From the IMG/VR virus record IMGVR_UViG_3300033076_001150, positions 1 to 27,674 of that record: a stretch of 27,674 nt of DNA. The stretch is one strand, 5' to 3'. Source of the DNA: a virus (Duplodnaviria > Caudoviricetes). This document shows, piece after piece, positions 1 through 8,437 of this stretch. The notes under the pieces were generated by a model that was given only the letters and a program-made list of their open reading frames with translations, was not told the DNA's origin and did no database searches. Both the position numbers and the translations under genes were made by a program. Position 1 is the stretch's first letter. Each line of letters starts with the position of its first letter.

Positions 1-108
1 GAGCTTGTTACGCGTGCTGACTGGAAAGCAATGTCTAGCAAGGAACGCGAACAAGCACTTATCGAGCTTCTTTTCGAGCTAGTTGACGTGTATGTAGAAG
101 ACGAGTAA
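1..108 (+). CDS. 3' end of a hypothetical protein (partial)
   Basis: Frame 1 is open from the window start (ELVTRADWKAMSSKEREQALIELLFELVDVYVEDE) to TAA at 106-108, followed by a terminator hairpin. Confidence 0.55.
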   Translation, partial: ELVTRADWKAMSSKEREQALIELLFELVDVYVEDE

Positions 109-129
109 GTGCAGCATCAGTACAGCATC

Positions 130-158
130 GAGCCCCCGCCACGGCGGGGGCTCTTTCG
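130..158 (+). terminator. Intrinsic terminator (copy 1 of 39-bp repeat 120-158)
   Basis: GAGCCCCCGCC-AC-GGCGGGGGCTC hairpin followed by TTTCG. Confidence 0.75.
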
Positions 159-182
159 TGCTTGCGCCCCCGGCTAGACCAG

Positions 183-210
183 TTGACAACCGAGTGATGC
201 CGTGTACCAT
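183..210 (+). promoter_or_regulatory. Sigma70/HrdB-type promoter, conserved-spacer family copy 1, probably leaderless transcript
   Basis: TTGACA(183-188)-accgagtgatgccgtg-TACCAT(205-210); ATG 6 nt after the -10 with no RBS. Confidence 0.75.
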
Positions 211-216
211 GTAAGC

Positions 217-717
217 ATGACGAACGAGAGCACTTTCGCAGGCAAGACAGCTTCCGAGTGGCGCCTCATGGCCGCCGACGCGCGCAAGCGCAGTTCCGAC
301 AGCTTTGACCGTTGCGACACGGACGGGTTCTTGTCGCAATGGGCTTCCGATGTGATGGCCCGGCGGTACGATTGGTGCGCTAAGGTTGCGGGAAATGGTG
401 GACGGCTGGAGATTTCTGCCATCTTTGACCTGAACGGAAAGCTTTTGAGCTTTGATTACCGCGAGGGTCAGTATGGTTCGTACTACCTTGTCAAGTCGCC
501 CGACTGGACGGGTAGGCCGTTCGTCACCACGAGCGGTGCTCGCAAGTTCAGGACGCGCGCCGCCAACAACGCAAAAAAGGGTGTCACTGAGGGCACCGTC
601 TCCGTTCCTGCCTACCTTGACGGTCGGACAGGCGAACCTAAGCCGGACCTTGTTGCAGCGCGGGCCGGTGATGTCCTGGTCGTCAGCGTTGATGCCCATC
701 AGAGCGTCGACCACTAG
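217..717 (+). CDS. Hypothetical protein in a self-contained promoter-gene-terminator cassette
   Basis: ORF 202..717; ATG at 217 (MTNEST...) fits a leaderless start; bounded by promoter and terminator. Confidence 0.75.
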   Translation: MTNESTFAGKTASEWRLMAADARKRSSDSFDRCDTDGFLSQWASDVMARRYDWCAKVAGNGGRLEISAIFDLNGKLLSFDYREGQYGSYYLVKSPDWTGRPFVTTSGARKFRTRAANNAKKGVTEGTVSVPAYLDGRTGEPKPDLVAARAGDVLVVSVDAHQSVDH

Positions 718-743
718 GCCAGCCCCCTGGTAGGTACAGCATC

Positions 744-772
744 GAGCCCCCGCCGTGGCGGGGGCTCTTTCG
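744..772 (+). terminator. Intrinsic terminator (copy 2 of 39-bp repeat 734-772)
   Basis: GAGCCCCCGCC-GT-GGCGGGGGCTC-TTTCG, identical to copy 1 except the 2 loop nt. Confidence 0.75.
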
Positions 773-828
773 CGCTCCGGGCCGCCGGATGTAGGTACAT
801 TCCAACGTCGGCATGTAGCATGTGCTTC

Positions 829-1026
829 ATGGATCAGCAGGGTCGCGCCGTGCAGTGGGGCCGGCTGGCCGCCGTGCGCTCACCCCTCATGGTGCTAATG
901 GGGCTGGCCTTCCTGTGCGTGTCCGCCTTCCTGTGGGCGCCCGTGGCGGGCTGGGCGGCGATCGGAGTAAGCTTGATCCTGTTGGCGTACCTCACTGATG
1001 GGCCGACCGGCGGGGCGCGACGATGA
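829..1026 (+). CDS. Small two-TM membrane protein upstream of portal
   Basis: Hydrophobic LMVLMGLAFLCVSAFLW and GWAAIGVSLILLAYL; start at 820 or 829. Confidence 0.65.
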   Translation: MDQQGRAVQWGRLAAVRSPLMVLMGLAFLCVSAFLWAPVAGWAAIGVSLILLAYLTDGPTGGARR

Positions 1027-1169
1027 GTGAGCGCAAGCTCATTGCGCAGACGCCGCAAGGCACCCCCAGGAGGCGCCGGCACCCTCCTGAGGGTGTCTTG
1101 CCTGCCGAGATGCCGCCCGGTGTGCGCACCATTAAGGCGCTGCGTAACCGCAGGCGGGTGATCGAGTGA
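1023..1169 (+). CDS. Small basic hypothetical protein (48 aa, below ORF-track cutoff)
   Basis: MSERKLIAQTPQGTPRRRRHPPEGVLPAEMPPGVRTIKALRNRRRVIE; ATGA overlap with upstream stop and GTGA overlap with portal start. Confidence 0.5.
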   Translation: MSERKLIAQTPQGTPRRRRHPPEGVLPAEMPPGVRTIKALRNRRRVIE

Positions 1170-2662
1170 TTTCTCCCCTTGACTTGCTGGGGCGTTTTGG
1201 CGATCGTCTCTCGTTCGGCGCGCGGCGCGACCTGGAGCGAGTCCAGAACGTCTCCCCCGTGCCGCTGGCGAAGCGTAACCAGAGTTGGCGCATGCCTGGT
1301 CTGGGGCGTTCGGAGTACGTGCGGCAGATGGAGACGTACGGCCTCGATGCCGTGGTGTACCCCATCGTCAACCGTCTGTTCACCGCCGTAGGCGAGGCGG
1401 AATGGAGCATGCGGACTCGCGCGGCGCGTGAGGAAGATCGAAAGGTCGTGGAGAGTCACCCCGCGCTCGATCTCATTACCACGCCCATCCCTCGCTTCAT
1501 GAACGGCACGGAGCTTATCGAGGCCGGCCAGCAGCATAACGAATTGACGGGCGAGACGAACATCATCGTGGGGTTTACGCCCGGAGTGAAGTACCCGACA
1601 GACCTGTGGCCGTGCCGTCCGGATCGACTGGAGCCCGTGCCGGACGAGAGCGGCTGGCTGCGCGGGTGGATTTACACCGGGCCGGATGGGGATCGTATCC
1701 CGCTGGAAACCACCGAGTTGTTGCGTCACAAGTTGCCGAATCCTCTTGACATGTATCGAGGCATGGGGCCCGTTCAGGCGCTGTTACTTGACATCGATTC
1801 GCAGAGGTACGGGAAGGAGTGGCAAGCCCAATTCTTCCAGAACAGCGCGCGCCCTAGCGGTATCATTCAGGTCGATCGCCGTCTCGGAGATGAAGAATTC
1901 GACGAGATGCGGGACAGGTGGGAGGAGCAGCATCGTGGTGTAAGTAAGGCGCATCGGGTAGCCATCATCGAAAATTCCCAGTGGATCGAATCGTCTTTCT
2001 CCATGCGTGATCTGCAAATGGTGGAGATGGATGCGGCTAGTCGGGACCGCGCATTGGTGGCTTTCGGCTTCCCTAAGAGCATGCTTGGCATTGTGGAAGA
2101 CGTGAATCGCGCGAACGCTGAGGCGGGGGAGTACGTTTTCGCGCGCTGGCTCACTCAGCCACGCCTGAAGCGTTGGCGATCCATGTGGAACACGCAACTA
2201 CTCCCGCTGTACGGCAACGGGACGGAGAAAAGGGTGATGCTCGATTTCACCTCTCCTATTCCGGCCAACAGCGAGGTTGCATTGCAGGAATTGGACGTCA
2301 AGAGTAGAGCGCTCTTAACGCTGGCCGGCACCGGACCTTTTGACGCGGCCAAGGTGCTCGACATGTTGGAGTGGCCAGACCTCGGCTACAAAGAGCCGCC
2401 CCCGCCCACCATTGTTGCGCCGCGCGACGCTCCCGATGAGGAAACGCCGCAGGCGTCATACGACATGGCGATGCGTTGGCAAGTCAGGGGTGAGGATGAC
2501 GACAACGCCTGTGAGCCATGCAAGGAAAACCACGGAAAGCTGTACCGCAACCGGAGTGACGCGTACGCGGACTACCCGGGCGGCAAAGGATACATCAAGT
2601 GCGTAGGCGCTCAGTACGGTAACCAGTGCCGTTGTGAAGTGGTGAAGCGGAGAGCTAAGTGA
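1166..2662 (+). CDS. HK97-family phage portal protein with C-terminal Cys-rich extension
   Basis: HPALDL, GETNI, PNPLDMYRGMGPV, FFQNSARPSGII, FGFPKSMLG and NRANAE portal motifs; upstream of protease and capsid. Confidence 0.93.
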   Translation: MISPLDLLGRFGDRLSFGARRDLERVQNVSPVPLAKRNQSWRMPGLGRSEYVRQMETYGLDAVVYPIVNRLFTAVGEAEWSMRTRAAREEDRKVVESHPALDLITTPIPRFMNGTELIEAGQQHNELTGETNIIVGFTPGVKYPTDLWPCRPDRLEPVPDESGWLRGWIYTGPDGDRIPLETTELLRHKLPNPLDMYRGMGPVQALLLDIDSQRYGKEWQAQFFQNSARPSGIIQVDRRLGDEEFDEMRDRWEEQHRGVSKAHRVAIIENSQWIESSFSMRDLQMVEMDAASRDRALVAFGFPKSMLGIVEDVNRANAEAGEYVFARWLTQPRLKRWRSMWNTQLLPLYGNGTEKRVMLDFTSPIPANSEVALQELDVKSRALLTLAGTGPFDAAKVLDMLEWPDLGYKEPPPPTIVAPRDAPDEETPQASYDMAMRWQVRGEDDDNACEPCKENHGKLYRNRSDAYADYPGGKGYIKCVGAQYGNQCRCEVVKRRAK

Positions 2663-2898
2663 ATGAGTCTCAGCCGTTCGATGGGCGGCACCCCAGTGTG
2701 GCGCACTTCAAGCCGCTATTTTCCTACGCGCACTTACCAGAGGGTAAGCTACGCGACACGTCGGCTTTCGTTTCTTCGCTCGCTGAGACGATGGTGCGTC
2801 AACTGCCAGATGGTCCTGAGCTGAGCGCTGGTTTGCGCAAGTTGCTAGAAGCGAAGGATTGTTTCGTTCGCGCCGCAGTATTGGAGCGTGAAACGTGA
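2659..2898 (+). CDS. Small helical phage protein (FxYxHLP...LRKLLEAKD family), possibly Acb2/Tad1-like
   Basis: GTGA coupling on both sides; motif FSYAHLP...GPELSAGLRKLLEAKDCFVRA. Confidence 0.75.
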   Translation: MNESQPFDGRHPSVAHFKPLFSYAHLPEGKLRDTSAFVSSLAETMVRQLPDGPELSAGLRKLLEAKDCFVRAAVLERET

Positions 2899-3752
2899 AT
2901 AGGCGTAGGCGAGAGTTGCTGGCCGCGCTTCAGCCAGCCGTAGACGCAGTAATGGCGAAGTGTCCGCCCGGTGAGCGTGCGAGCATTCCAGGTCTAGCCG
3001 TGCGCAACGATGGGGGCGCGCGGGAACTGATGATCTATGGGCGCATCGGTGGCGGCGGCTGGTTTGATGACGGGATCGGCGCGAGTGACATTGCAGCCGC
3101 TCTCCGCGAGTTGGGCAGCGGCCACGTAGATGTGCGCATCAACAGTGGCGGTGGGGATGTGTTCGATGGCGTTGCCATCCACTCCCTGTTGGCGCGGCAC
3201 AGCGGTGGCGTCACCACACACATCGATGGATTGGCGGCCAGCGCGGCATCCTTCATCGCCATGGCGGGTGACCGCGTGGTGATGGCGCGCAATGCGTTCA
3301 TCATGATCCATGACGGTATGACGATGACGTATGGCAACGGCAACACGCATCGCGCGAGCGCCGAACTGCTGGACATGATCAGTAACACTATCGCGGACAT
3401 CTATGCGGAGCGTGCCGGCGAAGATGTGGAGCACTGGCGCAACCTCATGACGGTGAACGGCGAGGATGGCACGTGGTACAGCGGCCAGGACGCGCTGTCT
3501 GCCGGCCTGGTGGATGAGCTGACCGGCCAGCCCGACGAGGATGCGCCCGACGCGCGCCTACTCTCTGGCTGGAGCGACGTGCTCCCGGAGCGCATCGTTG
3601 CGTTGCTCCCGAAGCGACAGAGCACGGAGCAACAGGAGAGCGAAAGCACTTCTGTTGCGGAGCAAGATTCAGATGAGGACTATCGCTACCGCATGACGAT
3701 GTGGCAGTGGAGTAACGGCCACACGGCCAGAGAGGAATCAGCATGTCTGTAA
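2895..3752 (+). CDS. ClpP-type head maturation protease
   Basis: RINSGGGDVFDG, IDGLAASAASFI (catalytic Ser), MIHD (His), TWYSGQDAL..GLVDE. Confidence 0.93.
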   Translation: MNRRRRELLAALQPAVDAVMAKCPPGERASIPGLAVRNDGGARELMIYGRIGGGGWFDDGIGASDIAAALRELGSGHVDVRINSGGGDVFDGVAIHSLLARHSGGVTTHIDGLAASAASFIAMAGDRVVMARNAFIMIHDGMTMTYGNGNTHRASAELLDMISNTIADIYAERAGEDVEHWRNLMTVNGEDGTWYSGQDALSAGLVDELTGQPDEDAPDARLLSGWSDVLPERIVALLPKRQSTEQQESESTSVAEQDSDEDYRYRMTMWQWSNGHTAREESACL

Positions 3753-5107
3753 AGCTGGCCGTGCCAGAGACGGCCGAAGGTCTTCAAGAAATGCTCCTGG
3801 ACCGGAAGAAGATGAACACTCTCATGGATGAGGGCTCGCTCCCGGAATTCATGACTGCGTACGTGAAGAAGTTCCACACGAATGACGCTTCCATCACAGA
3901 GCAGATGCGGGCGCTCATTGATGAGGGTTTCGCAAACTTCGTGCGCGAAAACAACATCGCGGAGTTTCGTAAGGGTGGGCGGAAGCTCACACGTGCCGAG
4001 GTCATTCAGGACGACTTTCAGCAAAAGAAGACCACGGCGCGGTGGAGTGACAACGCCCCTGGGTCGTCACTCGACGGCAAGTTTGATGGGCTGTTCGACT
4101 TTCTTCGAAAATGCGATTTCAAGACCGACCCGGACAACGCCGAGGTGATGAAGCTTCGCCGCGAGGTGAAGGCTGCTCTTTCGAGCACCGACCCCGGCAG
4201 TGGTGGCTTCCTGATCCCGGAAGAGTTTCGGACGGAGTTGCTGCGTGTGGCGCTGGAAAGCGCCATTGTTCGGCCGCGCGCTCGCGTCATTCCGATGGCT
4301 TCACTGCGCACGTCGTGGCCCGCTATCGACAGCACCACGAACAACGGCAGCGTGTACGGCGGCATCATCGGCTACTGGACCGAAGAAGGCGCTGCACTCA
4401 TTCAGAGTCAACCCGCCTTCCAGCGTATCGCACTGGAAGCGAAGAAACTTACCGCCTACACCGAGGTCCCGAACGAGCTTATTCAGGACAGCAGTCCGTC
4501 CGTGGATGCTCTCGTGAATGAGCTGTTCCCGGAAGCGGTAGCGTGGTTCGAGGACATCGCTGGCTTGCGTGGCAGTGGCGTTGGTGAGCCGCTGGGTGTT
4601 CTGAATGCCAGCAACAATGCGCTGATCTCAGTGGCTGGCGAGACCGGCCAGCCGGCCAGTACGATCCAGTGGGAAAACATCGTCAACATGTATGCCCGCA
4701 TGCTCCCTGCTTCGCTCGGCAAGGCTGTATGGCTGGCGTCTCCGAACACCTTCCCGCAGCTCGCCACTATGGCGCTGTCGGTCGGCACGGGCGGCTCAGC
4801 CATCTGGCTGAACAACGGTGTCGAGGGTCCTCCTGTCACCATTCTGGGGCGTCCCGTCATCTTCACGGAAAAGGTGACTTCGCTCGGCGGTGCTGGCGAC
4901 CTTGCGTTCATCGACTTTTCTCACTACCTGTGGGGTGACCGCATGGCGATGAGCGCTGAGGTTTCGCCTCACTACAAGTTCGGTAATGATGTCACGGCGT
5001 ATCGGTTCATCGAGCGGGTGGACGGTCGGCCGTGGATGCAGAGTGCCATCACTCCGCAGAACGGCAGCTCTACCCTGAGCCCGTACGTTCAGCTCGCCGC
5101 TCGTTAG
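3743..5107 (+). CDS. Major capsid protein (HK97 fold)
   Basis: GGFLIPEEF, WTEEG, KKLTAYTEVPNELIQDS, TILGRPVIFTE, FIDFSHY, RVDGRP; GAGGA RBS. Confidence 0.95.
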   Translation: MSVKLAVPETAEGLQEMLLDRKKMNTLMDEGSLPEFMTAYVKKFHTNDASITEQMRALIDEGFANFVRENNIAEFRKGGRKLTRAEVIQDDFQQKKTTARWSDNAPGSSLDGKFDGLFDFLRKCDFKTDPDNAEVMKLRREVKAALSSTDPGSGGFLIPEEFRTELLRVALESAIVRPRARVIPMASLRTSWPAIDSTTNNGSVYGGIIGYWTEEGAALIQSQPAFQRIALEAKKLTAYTEVPNELIQDSSPSVDALVNELFPEAVAWFEDIAGLRGSGVGEPLGVLNASNNALISVAGETGQPASTIQWENIVNMYARMLPASLGKAVWLASPNTFPQLATMALSVGTGGSAIWLNNGVEGPPVTILGRPVIFTEKVTSLGGAGDLAFIDFSHYLWGDRMAMSAEVSPHYKFGNDVTAYRFIERVDGRPWMQSAITPQNGSSTLSPYVQLAAR

Positions 5108-5112
5108 TAGCT

Positions 5113-5159
5113 TGCCGCCGGGGCGTGTTTTTGTCCCTCACTCCCACGCCCTGGCGGCA
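5113..5159 (+). other. 15-bp hairpin directly after the capsid stop
   Basis: TGCCGCCGGGGCGTG / CACGCCCTGGCGGCA with a 17-nt pyrimidine-rich loop. Confidence 0.7.
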
Positions 5160-5160
5160 C

Positions 5161-5254
5161 GCCCTCCGCATCCTTGCTCGCTTCGCCCCCGGGCAAGGGT
5201 CGCCATCCTCAGGTGGTTGCGCTGGTGCGTCGGTTCGATTCCGACCGGAGGGCT
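5161..5254 (+). ncRNA. tRNA-like element (8-bp acceptor, canonical T-arm, extended D-arm, non-canonical anticodon arm)
   Basis: GCCCTCCG/CGGAGGGC acceptor; GTCGG-TTCGATT-CCGAC T-arm; CCTTGCTCG/CGGGCAAGG stem; GCCAT-CCTCAG-GTGGT arm; no encoded CCA. Confidence 0.65.
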
Positions 5255-5314
5255 CGCATTAGTTGATAGATCGGCAGTGACGCCCCGATCACCCTACAGA
5301 TGGGAGATGAGTCA

Positions 5315-5734
5315 ATGGGTTCAATCAACCCCCTGGGTCAGCTTTTCGACCTGGAGACCAGCGCCACAACCTCGAACAACCGTGTCTCGCTGCGTGACGC
5401 GAGCGGCGTGACGTTCGTCCTGATCGGCGCCACCTCTGGTAACGCAACCATCCAGGAGCACACCGCATACTCTGGTGGTACCCCACAGAACCTCGCGTAC
5501 TTCACGGAGTACTACCGGAAAAACTCCGGCGTGTGGGCGCGAGTGACGCAGGCGGCGGCGGCCACAGTGACTGCCGGCACGGGTGGCCTGCTGGCCGTAT
5601 TCGTTCCCGCTAGCGCGCTGTCGGATGGCTTCTCGTATGTGAGCATTTCTCACGCGTCGGGTAGTTTCGTGTCGATCCTGTCTCCGCTGAACGTTCAGCG
5701 GAAGCCCGCCAATCTCCGCAGCACAGCGGCCTAG
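5315..5734 (+). CDS. Putative head-associated (decoration-like) virion protein
   Basis: Directly after capsid; GGGAG RBS favours ATG 5315; beta-rich Ala/Ser/Thr composition. Confidence 0.7.
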   Translation: MGSINPLGQLFDLETSATTSNNRVSLRDASGVTFVLIGATSGNATIQEHTAYSGGTPQNLAYFTEYYRKNSGVWARVTQAAAATVTAGTGGLLAVFVPASALSDGFSYVSISHASGSFVSILSPLNVQRKPANLRSTAA

Positions 5735-5750
5735 TTAGGAGGTATGGCGC

Positions 5751-6206
5751 ATGGCGACAGGGATTCCTGGACGGAGCGCGCGGCAACTGGCGTTCGGTAC
5801 TCGCGTGTATCGTTCTGCCGCGAACCTCCCGCAGACCACGAACGCGGCCATCTTCACGGTGTCCGGCGGTCGGGTGATGATCACCTCGTTGGTTGGTTCG
5901 GTGACCACAGCCATTCAGAACCAGGCGAACAATACCAAGCTCACCACGAACAGCACCACGGGCAACATTACGTCCGATATCTGCGCGAACGTGGATACCG
6001 CAAATGCGGCCGTTGGAACGCTGTTCGGCATTACCGGGGTGCGCACGGATGCCGCGCAGCTTTCCGGCAATGCTGTTCAGCCGAACGAGTTGGTGATTCA
6101 GGCCGGCACGATTCGTCTCGTGTGCGCGGCAAGCAATACCGGCCAGATGGATTGGACGCTCACGTACATTCCGCTCGATGACGGCGCGTCCGTCACCGCT
6201 GCCTGA
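5751..6206 (+). CDS. Putative virion structural protein
   Basis: AGGAGG RBS; Thr/Asn/Ala-rich; operon context. Confidence 0.75.
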   Translation: MATGIPGRSARQLAFGTRVYRSAANLPQTTNAAIFTVSGGRVMITSLVGSVTTAIQNQANNTKLTTNSTTGNITSDICANVDTANAAVGTLFGITGVRTDAAQLSGNAVQPNELVIQAGTIRLVCAASNTGQMDWTLTYIPLDDGASVTAA

Positions 6207-6221
6207 TAGGAGGTAGGCGCC

Positions 6222-6512
6222 ATGGCTTACCGCGTTAGCGATTCCGCCACGGTTACATCTGTGGCGCTTACCGCCACCAGTAGCACTCCAGCCGCGTTGG
6301 CGAGCGGCGCTGGCCGCAACTTCAGGGCGATAAGCAATATCAGTGGTCAAATTGTTTACGCTCGGTTCGGTGGGGGAACGGCGAGCGCAACAGATCACAC
6401 TGTTGCCATCGCGGCTGGCGCCTACTACGAATTTCCCCAACCGCTGTTCGGTGGCGCTATTGCTCTAGTGATGGCAAGTGGTTCGGGAAACGTCTTGGTA
6501 ACCACCTACTGA
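6222..6512 (+). CDS. Small putative virion protein
   Basis: AGGAGG RBS; beta-rich 96 aa. Confidence 0.75.
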   Translation: MAYRVSDSATVTSVALTATSSTPAALASGAGRNFRAISNISGQIVYARFGGGTASATDHTVAIAAGAYYEFPQPLFGGAIALVMASGSGNVLVTTY

Positions 6513-6529
6513 GCAGTAAGGGGAGATTG

Positions 6530-6751
6530 ATGCCGAAAGCTAATCACGTGGGCGCAACGTATTACGGCTATGAAGGCCACGTCGAAGATGCGCACGGTCG
6601 CTTTTCGGAACTGGACCCTTCCCGCAACGTCGATGGATCGACAGTCGATGGTTTCGAGTCGGAAGATCGAAACATCGGAGAGCAGGAAAGCGACAGTGCC
6701 GAACGGGCGAAGAATTCGCGCACATCTCGCACGCCGGGGAAGAATCAGTGA
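6530..6751 (+). CDS. Small hypothetical protein (MPKANHVGATY...)
   Basis: GGGAG RBS; GTGA overlap with next gene. Confidence 0.65.
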   Translation: MPKANHVGATYYGYEGHVEDAHGRFSELDPSRNVDGSTVDGFESEDRNIGEQESDSAERAKNSRTSRTPGKNQ

Positions 6752-7167
6752 CTGTTCGGATTAGTACCGCTGCCCGCAACGCGAGCGTTAACGCGGTTGC
6801 GGCGCTTGTCGACGCCGGCAGCGCCGCAGGAAAGTTGCGCATCTATACGGGCACTCAGCCTGCGGGCGGGCCGGGCGATGCGGCAACGGGAACACTCCTG
6901 GTCGAGATCCCCCTGGCCGATCCTGCGTACGCGAGTGCGTCGAGTGGCACAGCGCTAGCTGATGTCGATCCGGTTCCGACCGCGAACGCGTCCAACACTG
7001 GCACTGCCGGGTGGGCGCGCATCCTGGACAGCAACAATAATGCCATCGTGGATGGAAGTGTCACGGTCACGGGTGGCGGCGGAGACTTCACGGTCAACAC
7101 CACGACTGTCACGAGTGGTCTCGCGGTGAACCTCACAAGCCACTCACTCAGTCAGCCGGCGAGTTAG
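6748..7167 (+). CDS. Putative virion structural protein
   Basis: LRIYTGTQP...GTAGWARI...DGSV motifs of a common phage structural family. Confidence 0.75.
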   Translation: MTVRISTAARNASVNAVAALVDAGSAAGKLRIYTGTQPAGGPGDAATGTLLVEIPLADPAYASASSGTALADVDPVPTANASNTGTAGWARILDSNNNAIVDGSVTVTGGGGDFTVNTTTVTSGLAVNLTSHSLSQPAS

Positions 7168-7171
7168 TCGA

Positions 7172-8101
7172 ATGGCTGTCGAGGCAATCGATTGGATCAA
7201 TCCGCCATCTTTTACCGATGCCGAGGATGGCGGACAGAATTACAATCTCGGTTGCCGATTTACGCTGGACAGCGATCAGCCCTGTCCCGGTGTCCGTTGG
7301 CGCGTTCCCGATACGGTGAGCGCGCCAACGGGTGGGACGCATATTGCGTCTGTATGGAGTGATGAGGGTGGTGGCCGGCTTGCCCTTAAGGCTTTCACGC
7401 CGACACCGGGCGGTGAACAAGATATCCTCTTTGACACTCCAATCAATCTGCTTTCGGGTGTCAACTATCTAGCTCTCGTCTTCACCGTTCACTACACGGC
7501 GCGCAATGGCGGCTATCCCTATAGCAGCCCTAGCGGAGTCATCGATACGATCACGGGTGTTTTTCGCGGCACCACGGATCCGGACGATGCGCTCACCAGC
7601 AACACAGCTAACGTTTTTTACATCAGTCCCCTGATCGGGACGGTCGATGCGTCCACACCCATCGACGCGAGCGGCACACTGAACCTCCCAGCGTTCGGCT
7701 CCAGCGGAACGCTGACTCTGGTGAACAATGTCGATGCGGCACTGTCGCTGCCAACGATGTCCACCGGTGGTGCCCTGGCAATCCCTGTTGCGCTCGATGC
7801 AGCGCTGTTGTTGCCGCCACTGGTGGCGGCGGCAACGCTGGTAAATCCCATCACGCTCGATGCAGCACTGTTGTTGTCGCCACTGGCGGCGGCGGCAACG
7901 CTGACAAGTGATGGTGTAGCGCCGACCCCGACCGCGCCGAACGGGTGGCGTGGATTGCAGGCCATTATGCAGACAGCACGAGAGCAACGCAGAGAGGATG
8001 ATAGTGCGCGTCCTGTTGCTTGCCCGAACGATGGCGAACCTCTGCTCGAAAATCGCGGTGTACTTTACTGCCCGTATGACGGGTGGAAAGAGAGGGGATG
8101 A
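7172..8101 (+). CDS. Virion protein: DUF4082-like N-domain, four 21-aa repeats, C-terminal CPND..CPYD motif
   Basis: YNLGCRFT..GVRW resembles DUF4082; LDAALLL repeats; ACPNDGEPL...YCPYDGW. Confidence 0.7.
   Translation: MAVEAIDWINPPSFTDAEDGGQNYNLGCRFTLDSDQPCPGVRWRVPDTVSAPTGGTHIASVWSDEGGGRLALKAFTPTPGGEQDILFDTPINLLSGVNYLALVFTVHYTARNGGYPYSSPSGVIDTITGVFRGTTDPDDALTSNTANVFYISPLIGTVDASTPIDASGTLNLPAFGSSGTLTLVNNVDAALSLPTMSTGGALAIPVALDAALLLPPLVAAATLVNPITLDAALLLSPLAAAATLTSDGVAPTPTAPNGWRGLQAIMQTAREQRREDDSARPVACPNDGEPLLENRGVLYCPYDGWKERG
7658..7909 (+). repeat. Four 63-bp (21-aa) coding tandem repeats, approximate bounds
   Basis: PIDASGTLNLP.. / NNVDAALSLP.. / VALDAALLLPPLVAAATL / ITLDAALLLSPLAAAATL; last two nearly identical in DNA. 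Confidence 0.7.
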
Positions 8102-8102
8102 A

Positions 8103-8363
8103 GTGACGCAACCTATTCCGATTTTTCTTCAGGATCGTACCGTGACCGTGCGGTTGAGCAATGAGGCAACGCTGGCGCTTGGTGCAATCGTGGGCACAGA
8201 GTTTCCCCTGCGCTCTCTTCAGGTGCTGGGCGGCTACTTGCTAGCCGAGTATCAGAACGACGCGGACACCATCACGCGATACCTCCTGCCACCTGGAGCC
8301 GTAATGTATGCCCGTCAGCAAATCGACCTAGGTCCCGCTCCGCAGCCGCCGGTGGCCGGGTGA
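8103..8363 (+). CDS. Hypothetical protein
   Basis: GTG at 8103 after GAGGGG RBS within ORF 7950..8363. Confidence 0.6.
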   Translation: MTQPIPIFLQDRTVTVRLSNEATLALGAIVGTEFPLRSLQVLGGYLLAEYQNDADTITRYLLPPGAVMYARQQIDLGPAPQPPVAG

Positions 8364-8437
8364 CCTAATGTAGTAACATTCCATCAGATCCTCATCGGGC
8401 ACCTAGTCGGGTGCCTAGGCCAGAATGCGAGGCAACG

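Noticed and set aside
5201-5218. Functional opal-suppressor or selenocysteine tRNA
   Set aside because: TCA sits in a 6-nt loop without U33, the D-arm is non-canonical, no sel genes are present, and TGA ends many clear genes
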